DNA of 64,000 nt from assembly GCF_032444005.1 (NCBI RefSeq), contig NC_091290.1:8804001-8868000 (forward strand), read 5' to 3'. The stretch's first letter is position 1. Every line of letters starts with the position of its first letter. The DNA comes from Ranitomeya imitator. Taxonomy: Eukaryota. Both the position numbers and the translations under genes were made by a program. Below are positions 1-9,925 of the stretch, one piece after another. The notes beneath the pieces are model-generated. The model had not been told where the DNA came from. It searched no databases and was given only the letters and a program-made list of their open reading frames with translations.

Positions 1-419
1 CCTCTGGTTCTGGTATGAGAGGTGTCATGGCTTCTTCTTGCTCAGCGGTGACAGCCGTCGTCTCTAATCCAGACCCTCCCGTTGAGGTGCAGCACTTTGG
101 TTGTGGAGTCGCAGCCAACTCTTCAGGTTGTTGAGATGATAAAGAACCTTCTGAATTGGCCAAAACCTCCTTGGTTTTCAGAGCCGGTCTGTTATTATCT
201 GTCTCTGCTGCTAATGGCACGGAGTCACTGACAGAAGAGTCACTCATGGACTCCGGAGAGAGCGGAGATCCTTCATTATCATCATCACAGACCGTGTGCT
301 CTTCTAAGGGAAGAAGCAGCTCAGACCCTGATGGGATCGACGCCGTGACCTGGAGATGGACAATTCCTCCAAGTCTGCAGAACTTCACATTTTGCTTCTT
401 TGCATTTTTCCTTACAAAC
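1..419 (-). CDS. ZNF408: ZNF408 exon, end of PR-like domain plus acidic/Ser-rich linker, truncated by window edge
   Basis: Acceptor gttttgcag|G; open frame for 139 codons to the window edge. Confidence 0.8.
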
Positions 420-2390
420 CTGCAAAACATTAGAAGTCGAAGGTCAGTACAGCCGAGCAAGACCTGAAAATCATCCCAGTATCCGCCATGCATCGCCTCC
501 TTGGCCGTCTCCACAGGTGCTGATTGTGGAGAGTTACAGACGATTCTCTTGTCTGCGCTGGATCAAGTGCAGGATACAGGATAGGTCCTGTCTGCACAGA
601 AGCTGAGGAGGAAACATGGTGTAGTGAATGGAGCACCTCCATCTTTACCGTCTGGACGCAAAGATGGCCGGGTCCATGGATTATATGGCATAAATATGGC
701 CCAGGGCTAATTTTCTTTATTCCGCACATCACGATTTAATGTATTTTCAGCGTTTTTTCATAATGTAGACATCCCCCCAAATTCAGGGACATGTTAAAGG
801 GCCACTGTCACCCCTTCCAGCCGTTATAAACTAAAAGAGCCACCTTGTGCAGCAGTAACGCTGCATTCTAACAAGGTGGCTCTTTTAGTTTTTGTTTCTG
901 TTATTCCCACAATAAATGTATTTATAATTCTGCTGAAATACCTATCTTTGTCCATGGAGGCGGGACTGAAGCCTCCTCTTATAAGCGCCCAACTGCCGTC
1001 ACTCATCTCTTGTGTAGATTTTCGCCGCCCCCTCAGCGCTGTTATTGTGTGAATTCTGGCGCCTGCGCTCTGCTCTTCTACCTAGCGCAGGCGCATAGAG
1101 CATTTGCCGTCTTAGCGCTGGTGCCGGGTTCCGTTCTGCGCCTGTGCGGGCAGTGCGGCCACCCTGTTATTGAATCCCCGCCCCGCACTGTGTTATGCAT
1201 TATGCACAGTGCAGGGCTGGGATTCCTGGGCATGCGCACTGCGCTTCTCAGACGCTCCCCAGGTCCCCCGCCTTTCAGCGTTGCCGGAATATACAGGTAT
1301 CCTTGCCGGCGTTTGGAACAGCCGCACAGAACAACGCTGGAAGGCGGGGGACCTGTGGAGCGTCTGACAAGCGCAGTGCGCATGCCCAGGAATCCCAGCC
1401 CCGCACTGTGCATACTGCATAACACAGTGCGGGGCGGGGATTCAGTAACAGGCTGGCCACACTGACCGCACAGGCGCAGAAAGGAACCTGGCACCAGCGC
1501 TCGGACGGATAATGCTCTATGCGCCTGCGCAAGGCAGAAGAGCAGAGCGCAGGCGCCGGAATTCACACAATAACAGCGCTGAGGGGGCGGCGAAAATCTA
1601 CACAAGAGATGAGTGACGGCAGTTGGGCGCTTCTAAGAGGAGGCTTCAGTCCCGCCTCCATGGACAAAGACAGGTATTTCAGCAGAATTATAAATACATT
1701 TATTGTGGGAATAGCAGAAACAAAAACTAAAAGAGCCACCTTGTTAGAATGCAGCATTACTGCTGCACAAGGTGGCTCTTTTAGTTTATAACGGCTGGAG
1801 GGGGTGACAGTGGCCCTTTAAGTGAACAGGAGCGGTGGGCATCAGAGATGGCGAGTATCACATCTTACGTTTTTTTAACCGCTGTCATCCTTTTGCAAAA
1901 CATATCCGGCTCCAGCTCATAGACCCCTGCACTAGGCATGGGGCAGTGGATTATGCTTTGGATGGAGCGTTCCTTTAAGTTTCTACACAATCTCAGAGGT
2001 AAACTAAGACGCCAAGAGCAAGGTAATAAGTATGATAGATATATAGGTACATAATGGTCCTTACCTGAGCCACCAGGTGTCCCCTGTATGTATTGTCAAT
2101 GCGGGACCTTCCTATAAGGACATAAAAAGAGAGTGTCAATGGATCATAATATGAACTGTAGGGATACTGACCGCTGCTGCCCATAACTCACACACCTCAG
2201 CTGATTCCGATTCTGGACTGCAAGAAGGAATGAGAGCGCCATCAGGTAAATCTCGGCCAACACACCACAAACCCAGTCCCTCCCGCGACAGAGAGGGCCC
2301 GAGGGCCAGGCCGCAGGGGATATGGAGCAGGGCCTTATAAACTGCATCCTGTGTGCACCCCACAGGGGGCGAGGAGGTGGACGAACTCAT
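1..2390 (-). CDS. ZNF408: ZNF408 (PRDM17) zinc finger protein, N-terminal PR/SET-like region, partial; coding exons 2390-2196, 2111-2065, 419-<1
   Basis: Spliced translation MSSSTSSPPVGCTQDAVYKALLHIPCGLALGPSLSREGLGLWCVGRDL...EGPALTIHTGDTWWLR|FVRKNAKKQNVKFCRLGGIVHLQVTASIPSGSELLL matches recalled ZNF408 motifs (GLALGPSL, G.WCVG, HLQV...GSELLL). GT-AG sites keep frame. Head-to-head with ARHGAP1 as at human 11p11.2. Zinc fingers would lie beyond the window edge. Confidence 0.85.
798..1817. mobile_element. Fold-back MITE, T2/Kolobok-type, TTAA target duplication
   Basis: TTAA|AGGGCCACTGTCACCCC ... GGGGTGACAGTGGCCCT|TTAA; the two halves are near-perfect reverse complements (mirror ORFs 1010..1465+ and 1078..1605-). 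Confidence 0.85.
2065..2111 (-). CDS. ZNF408: ZNF408 47-nt internal exon (EGPALTIHTGDTWWLR)
   Basis: Strong acceptor ctctctttttatgtccttatag and donor CAG|gtaagg; phase 0 to 2 joins the flanking exons in frame. Confidence 0.75.
2196..2390 (-). CDS. ZNF408: ZNF408 first coding exon (65 codons from ATG 2390)
   Basis: Acceptor ctctgcag|ATTTATG at 2394; frame-compatible donor GAG|gtgtgt; ORF track 2136..2462. Confidence 0.8.
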
Positions 2391-3803
2391 AAATCTGCAG
2401 AGAGATGGGCAGAAAACACAGATTAGGACGGAACATGCACCGTTATTATGCAGCATCGGCACAAAGTGGACACATAGAAGGCGGCTTCACTCATACAGGA
2501 GTCCAGGATAAGTGCCTCAATCCTATGGAAACGGGATAAATATCCACTGTGGGAAAAACCCTGGAAATCGGCATTGTCTCACTGCACTGCTGAGGGTTTG
2601 TTACAATTGCATACAGTCTAGGAGATCCTCTGGGAGCCTAACAGCCTACATCTGACTGGGTGATCTCATCTAATGTGCGATAGGCAGGGATCCTATAACC
2701 TGAGCCCTGACCGGTGCTGCGGCCAAGAATGCACAGAGCCCTCCACTCACTTCTATAAGAGCTCTGCAAACAGCCGAGCAAAATGAGCATAGAAGTGAAA
2801 GGGGAAGCCGTCAAATGAGAAGAGTGGCGCAGAATGTCAGGCAGGGGGAGCGGAGGAGATACAAGGCTGAGAGAAAAGATTCAGCATAATTTGTGTTTTC
2901 ATCCTTTAATCCTCGGCTCTTTCTGAGATTTTGGGTCCAGTGGGCGGTCCGATCAGTGACTGACAGCTGTCTAGGTAAATGTTTGCATACAGGGACAGCT
3001 ATCAATCACTGATAAGGACTGCCTACTGGACCCCAAATCCCAGACAGAGCAGAAGATTAAAGAAGCGCTCCTCCTCCCATCAAAGTGTTAATTATCTTAA
3101 TATATTGCAGTCATCTACTGTATAATTGTCTAAGGGTCACTTCCGTCTTTCTGTCTGTCCTTCTTTCTGTCATGGATATTCGTTGGTCGCGGCCTCTGTC
3201 TGTCATGGCATCCAAGTCGCTGATTGGTCTCGCCAGCTGCCTGTCATGGCTGCTGCGACCAATCAGCGACGGCCACAGTCCGATTAGTCCCTCCCTACTC
3301 CCCTGCAGTCAGCGCCTGGCGTCCGCTACATACTCCCCGCAGTCACCGCTCACACAGGGTTAATGTCAGTGGTAACAGACCGCGTTATGCCGCGGGTAAC
3401 TCACTCCGTTACCGCCACTATTAACCCTGTGTGACCAAGTTTTTACTATTGATGCTGCCTATGCAGAGTCAATAGTAAAAGGATCTAATGTTAAAAATAA
3501 TTAAAAAAATAAAAAATCATTATATACTCACCCTCCGCCGCCTTTCCCGCTCCTCGCAATGCTCCGGTAACCGCTCCATACATGCGGCAGGTTCCAGTGG
3601 CAAGGATGGTATGCGACAAGGACCTGCCATGACATCACGGTCATGTGACCGCGACGTCATTACAGGTCCTGCGCTACCAACACTGGGGCCGGAAGCTGCC
3701 GAGTGCACCACACACAGGCGACAGGACTACAAGGGGCCCTCGGAAGGTGAGTATATGTTTTTTTTTTAACCTGAGACATACGTGGCTGGGCAATATACTA
3801 CGT

Positions 3804-4129
3804 CCATCATAGTAAAAAGCAAAGCCGCACAGCTGTCCAAGAATCCGAGACTAACTGCGGTATGTCCAGGCGTGTGAAAACAGGAGCCTGATATCCAGGT
3901 AGAGGTGCCCGCATGAAAAAGATATGCAACCAACAAAAATATACAGAGCAATGCGGCAACACTCACCGGTCCAGGTGTGGTTCAAATTCTTTATTGCAAC
4001 ATGTAAAACAAAGCCGTCATGTTCACGGCCCGGGATGGTAAGACGAAGAAGGAGGTGAGCAGGATGTGACGACGGCCGTTTCGCGCCTACGGTAGCGCTT
4101 CCATGGGTGACTGTATATTTTTGTTGGTT
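3804..4129 (-). mobile_element. Short insertion with degenerate hammerhead-like motif (Penelope-like/retrozyme-like)
   Basis: Flanked by gcaatatactacgt at 3790-3803 and 4130-4143; minus strand reads GCGC-loop-GCGC GAAA CGGCCG UC. Confidence 0.4.
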
Positions 4130-4769
4130 GCAATATACTACGTGGACATGCATATTCTACAATACCCGATGCGTTAGAATCGGGCCACCATCTAGTCATA
4201 TTATATGGCACTGTGTACTTATAATTGTTCTCTTTGCCTTTCTACCCAGTTAATTCTTCTATATTCTCTGCTCTATGTACAAACAGGAAGTCTCTTGTCC
4301 CTGCAGAAATCATTCCCCTCTTCACAGTGATGACTCATGCAGGGAAAATTGACCTACTGTTTCTACATAGAGCTTAGATTCAGCTTGCCAGTTCTTAATC
4401 AGGTGATGTCATAGACCTAATGGAAAAGGGAAGAATTATCTGGGTAGAAAGGAAAATGAGCAATTGTAAGTGCACAGTGCTGTATAATATGATGACTGAA
4501 TTGGAGATGGACAAGGACGACCGTGGCTTTAAATGACAAATTACACTGAATCTTTTCTTCCAAGGCCACATATTGGTCACTCTGCTCCCCCCGCTCTATA
4601 ACCTGCACATTTTTCAGCATTTTCATGATGACAGGTTCCTTTCAAAATACAAAATGACCTTTGAGATTAATAACTTTTTATATTTACGTCGATGCTTCTG
4701 AACTTGCTTTTTTTTTTAAAAAAAAAAAATTTTTTATTTCTATAGTGATAACATATTCGGCAGCTCTCA

Positions 4770-5835
4770 CAGGAGAAGCCGACACGGCGGCCGCGGGGCC
4801 TCCCAGGAGAGGGCCGACACGGCGGCCGCGGGGCCTCCCAGGAGAGGGCCGACACGGCGGCCGCGGGGCCTCCCAGGAGAGGGCCGACACGGCGGCCGCG
4901 GGGCCTCCCAGGAGAGGGCCCACACGGCGGCCGCGGGGCCTCCCAGGAGAGGGCACACACGGCGGCCGCGGGGCCTCCCAGGAGAAGCCCACACGGCGGC
5001 CGCGGGGCCTCCCAGGAGAAGCCCACACGGCGGCCGCGGGGCCTCCCAGGAGAAGCCCACACGGCGGCCGCGGGGCCTCCCAGGAGAAGCCCACACGGCG
5101 GCCGCGGGGCCTCCCAGGAGAAGCCCACACGGCGGCCGCGGGGCCTCCCAGGAGAAGCCCACACGGCGGCCGCGGGGCCTCCCAGGAGAAGCCCACACGG
5201 CGGCCGCGGGGCCTCCCAGGAGAAGCCCACACGGCGGCCGCGGGGCCTCCCAGGAGAAGCCCACACGGCGGCCGCGGGGCCTCCCAGGAGAAGCCCACAC
5301 GGCGGCCGCGGGGCCTCCCAGGAGAAGCCCACACGGCGGCCGCGGGGCCTCCCAGGAGAAGCCCACACGGCGGCCGCGGGGCCTCCCAGGAGAAGCCCAC
5401 ACGGCGGCCGCGGGGCCTCCCAGGAGAAGCCCACACGGCGGCCGCGGGGCCTCCCAGGAGAAGCCCACACGGCGGCCGCGGGGCTTCCCAGGAGAAGCCC
5501 ACACGGCGGCCGCGGGGCCTCACAGGAGAAGCCCACACGGCGACCGCGGGGCCTCACAGGAGAAGCCCACACGGCGGCCGCGGGGCCTCCCAGGAGAAGC
5601 CCACACGGCGGCCGCGGGGCCTCACAGGAGAAGCCCACACGGCGGCCGCGGGGCCTCACAGGAGAAGCCCACACGGCGGCCGCGGGGCCTCACAGGAGAA
5701 GCCCACACGGCGGCCGCGGGGCCTCCCAGGAGAAGCCCACACGGCGGCCGCGGGGCCTCCAAGGAGAAGCCCACACGGCGGCCGCGGGGCCTCACAGGAG
5801 AAGCCCACACGGTGGCCGCGGGGCCTCCAAGGAGA
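4770..5835. repeat. 34-bp GC-rich minisatellite, about 31 copies
   Basis: Unit ggagaagcccacacggcggccgcggggcctccca (for example 4981, 5015). Confidence 0.95.
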
Positions 5836-6164
5836 ACCAATACATGGGCCCCCAGGTTACAGGGAGTGATGGCAGGGGCCGCGGAACAGATCTCATACAG
5901 AAATCACATTTATTGGCTTTTGTTTCTTTAAGTTCTGATTCTTTTATATTGCTATGACCCACACCCACCCCCAAAAAAAGCGGCTCAGACCGGGAAGGGT
6001 TAACAGCCACGGGCTCTCCCTGCACTGACACACTGTAGCAGTGGTCAGAGGTGAGCAGTCTCAGGGGAGTTCTCATTCACTGACAACAAGCAGAGGTCCT
6101 GCCACCGGTGAGAGGATAAAGCACAAAGTGGATTTAGAAGACGCACAACGTTCATGATGTGATG

Positions 6165-6600
6165 GGACTACATGTACCAGCAAGCCCTAGTAGCCCCAGC
6201 TCTGTTATCAGGCTATGTTGTGACTTGTAGTCCCCAGGAGCCGGGATTCACCTCCCACTCTCTCCTTACCGATCAGGAATCGCTCAACCGGAAGTCCATA
6301 AGCAACGGCTCCACAACCGGAAGTGCTCTCCACAAATACCTGTCCGGCAGGAAACGTTACTGTTGCATATTGGTTCCTGCACTCTAACGTTCCTAACATC
6401 GTGCTGTCACCTAGACCCGCCCACATGGGCGGAGAGAACAAGGAGACAGGACGGGCGGGGGAGGACTCGGTTCCTATGGAGACCTGGTTTCCCTTTCCGC
6501 CCAGAACCCGGATATCTGAGAGCAGGAGAAGATACGGGAGGAGCCGCCGGGAGCAGCGCGGACACCGGTGAGAGGCGGGGCGCGGTCACATGACCGGGGG
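6165..6600. promoter_or_regulatory. Bidirectional ZNF408/ARHGAP1 promoter with both non-coding first exons
   Basis: Two ACCGGAAGT ETS/GABP sites (CCGGAAGT 6288-6295, 6317-6324); ZNF143-like motifs 6167-6182 and 6216-6231 (minus); GC boxes; minus-strand donor TCG|gtaagg at 6270 and plus-strand donor CCG|gtgaga at 6567. Confidence 0.75.
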
Positions 6601-6680
6601 GACCTGGTGTCTGTGGGGGAGGGGCTGTCGCCGGAGCTGGTGATGATGAACGACCACCCCATCATAACATTACAGGAGGA

Positions 6681-7198
6681 GTGACGTCTCTGAGGTGACG
6701 TCTGTGGGGTCTCTGCGGTGACGTCTGTGGGGTCTCTGCGGTGACGTCTGTGGGGTCTCTGCGGTGACGTCTGTGGGGTCTCTGCGGTGACGTCTCTGGT
6801 ATCTGAAGTCTCTGCGGTGACGTCTGTGGGGTCTCTGCGGTGACGTCTGTGGGGTCTCTGCGGTGACGTCTCTGGTGTCTGAAGTCTCTGCGGTGACGTC
6901 TGTGGGGTCTCTGGTGACGTCTGTGGGGTCTCTGCGGTGACGTCTGTGGGGTCTCTGGTGACGTCTGTGGGGTCTCTGCGGTGACGTCTGTGGGGTCTCT
7001 GGTGACGTCTGTGGGGTCTCTGGTGACGTCTGTGGGGTCTCTGCGGTGACGTCTCTGGTATCTGAAGTCTCTGCGGTGACGTCTGTGGGGTCTCTGGTGA
7101 CGTCTGTGGGGTCTCTGCGGTGACGTCTGTGGGGTCTCTGGTGACGTCTGTGGGGTCTCTGGTGACGTCTGTGGGGTCTCTGCGGTGACGTCTCTGAG
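6681..7198. repeat. 21-23 bp minisatellite containing TGACGTC in each unit
   Basis: Unit gtgacgtctgtggggtctctgcg, period 23 (6721, 6744) with 21-bp variants. Confidence 0.95.
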
Positions 7199-7334
7199 GT
7201 CTCTTGCACGGCCGGTTGTCGATGGCTTACGATCCATTATTAACCGCGCTACCCTCCCTGTACCCGGCATTTACCCTGGAGAAGTAACGAGCAGCCTGAG
7301 GTCCCCAGTGACGGTAACGTCACGTATGACACAG

Positions 7335-9925
7335 TATCTCTTCGGACCCCTGTAACCGGCCTCCTGCTTTTCTCCATACCCCCCCTCCATCTCTTCGGAC
7401 CCCTGTAACCGGCCTCCTGCTTTTCTCCATACTCCCCTATCTCTTCGGACCCCTGTAACCGGCCCCCTGCTTTTCTCCATGCCCCCCTATCTCTTTGTAC
7501 CCCTGTAACCAGCCTCCTGCTTTTCTCCATACCCCCCCCCATCTCTTCGGACCCCTGTAACCAGCCTCCTGCTTTTCTCCATACCCCCCCCCATCTCTTC
7601 GGACCCCTGTAACCAGCCTCCTGCTTTTCGCCATACCCCCTATCTCTACGGACCCCTGTAACCAGCCTCCTGCTTTTCTCCATGCCCCCCTATCTCTTTG
7701 TACCCCTGTAACCAGCCTCCTGCTTTTCTCCATACCCCCCCCATCTCTTCGGACCCCTGTAACCAGCCTCCTGCTTTTCTCCATACCCCCCCCCATCTCT
7801 TCGGACCCCTGTAACCAGCCTCCTGCTTTTCGCCATACCCCCTATCTCTACGGACCCCTGTAACCAGCCTCCTGCTTTTCTCCATACCTCCCTATCTCTT
7901 CGGACCCCTGTAACCAGCCTCCTGCTTTTCTCCATACCCCCCTATCTCTTCGGACCCCTGTAACCAGCCTCCTGCTTTTCTCCATACCTCCCTATCTCTT
8001 CGGACCCCTGTAACCGGCCTCCTGCTTTTCTCCATACCTCCCCTATCTCTTCGGACCCCTGTAACCGGCCTCCTGCTTTTCTCCATGCCCCCCTATCTCT
8101 TTGTACCCCTGTAACCAGCCTCCTGCTTTTCTCCATACCCCCCCCCATCTCTTCGGACCCCTGTAACCAGCCTCCTGCTTTTCTCCATACCCCCCCCCCA
8201 TCTTTTCGGACCCCTGTAACCAGCCTCCTGCTTTTCTCCATACCCCCCCCCATCTCTTCGGACCCCTGTAACCAGCCTCCTGCTTTTCTCCATCCCCCCC
8301 TATCTCTTCGGACCCCTGTAACCAGCCCCCTGCTTTTCTCCATGCCCCCCTATCTCTTTGTACCCCTGTAACCAGCCTCCTGCTTTTCTCCATACCCCCC
8401 CCCCCCATCTCTTCGGACCCCTGTAACCAGCCTCCTGCTTTTCGCCATACCCCCTATCTCTACGGACCCCTGTAACCAGCCTCCTGCTTTTCTCCATACC
8501 CCCCCCCCATCTCTTCGGACCCCTGTAACCAGCCTCCTGCTTTTCGCCATACCCCCTATCTCTTCGGACCCCTGTAACCAGCCTCCTGCTTTTCTCCATA
8601 CCCCCCCTCCATCTCTTCGGACCCCTGTAACCGGCCTCCTGCTTTTCTCCATACCCCCCCTCCATCTCTTCGGACCCCTGTAACCGGCCTCCTGCTTTTC
8701 TCCATACTCCCCTATCTCTTCGGACCCCTGTAACCGGCCCCCTGCTTTTCTCCATGCCCCCCTATCTCTTTGTACCCCTGTAACCAGCCTCCTGCTTTTC
8801 TCCATACCCCCCCCCATCTCTTCGGACCCCTGTAACCAGCCTCCTGCTTTTCTCCATACCCCCCCCCATCTCTTCGGACCCCTGTAACCAGCCTCCTGCT
8901 TTTCGCCATACCCCCTATCTCTACGGACCCCTGTAACCAGCCTCCTGCTTTTCTCCATGCCCCCCTATCTCTTTGTACCCCTGTAACCAGCCTCCTGCTT
9001 TTCTCCATACCCCCCCCATCTCTTCGGACCCCTGTAACCAGCCTCCTGCTTTTCTCCATACCCCCCCCCATCTCTTCGGACCCCTGTAACCAGCCTCCTG
9101 CTTTTCGCCATACCCCCTATCTCTACGGACCCCTGTAACCAGCCTCCTGCTTTTCTCCATACCTCCCTATCTCTTCGGACCCCTGTAACCAGCCTCCTGC
9201 TTTTCTCCATACCCCCCTATCTCTTCGGACCCCTGTAACCAGCCTCCTGCTTTTCTCCATACCTCCCTATCTCTTCGGACCCCTGTAACCGGCCTCCTGC
9301 TTTTCTCCATACCTCCCCTATCTCTTCGGACCCCTGTAACCGGCCTCCTGCTTTTCTCCATGCCCCCCTATCTCTTTGTACCCCTGTAACCAGCCTCCTG
9401 CTTTTCTCCATACCCCCCCCATCTCTTCGGACCCCTGTAACCAGCCTCCTGCTTTTCTCCATACCCCCCCCCCATCTTTTCGGACCCCTGTAACCAGCCT
9501 CCTGCTTTTCTCCATACCCCCCCCCATCTCTTCGGACCCCTGTAACCAGCCTCCTGCTTTTCTCCATCCCCCCCTATCTCTTCGGACCCCTGTAACCAGC
9601 CCCCTGCTTTTCTCCATGCCCCCCTATCTCTTTGTACCCCTGTAACCAGCCTCCTGCTTTTCTCCATACCCCCCCCCCCATCTCTTCGGACCCCTGTAAC
9701 CAGCCTCCTGCTTTTCGCCATACCCCCTATCTCTACGGACCCCTGTAACCAGCCTCCTGCTTTTCTCCATACCCCCCCCCCATCTCTTCGGACCCCTGTA
9801 ACCAGCCTCCTGCTTTTCGCCATACCCCCTATCTCTTCGGACCCCTGTAACCAGCCTCCTGCTTTTCGCCATACCCCCTATCTCTTCGGACCCCTGTAAC
9901 CAGCCTCCTGCTTTTCTCCATACCT
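7335..9925. repeat. About 50-bp C-rich minisatellite, about 50 copies, with a roughly 1275-bp higher-order duplication
   Basis: Unit atctcttcggacccctgtaaccagcctcctgcttttctccataccccc; identical ORF-track peptides recur at +1275. Confidence 0.95.

Noticed and set aside
538-602. Alternative candidate for the ZNF408 middle exon (phase 0 to 2)
   Set aside because: Weaker donor and no PR-domain resemblance; 2065-2111 has stronger sites and gives the WLRFV motif
1869-1926. Candidate exon that would rescue the +4 ZNF408 donor
   Set aside because: Weak acceptor and no recognisable similarity; cannot be excluded without RNA data
4661-5869. 402-aa ORF and overlapping antisense ORFs
   Set aside because: Translation of the 34-bp minisatellite; open in several frames because the GC-rich unit lacks stops
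5792-6076. 94-aa minus-strand ORF as an upstream ZNF408 coding exon
   Set aside because: No similarity to the recalled ZNF408 N-terminus and no convincing donor
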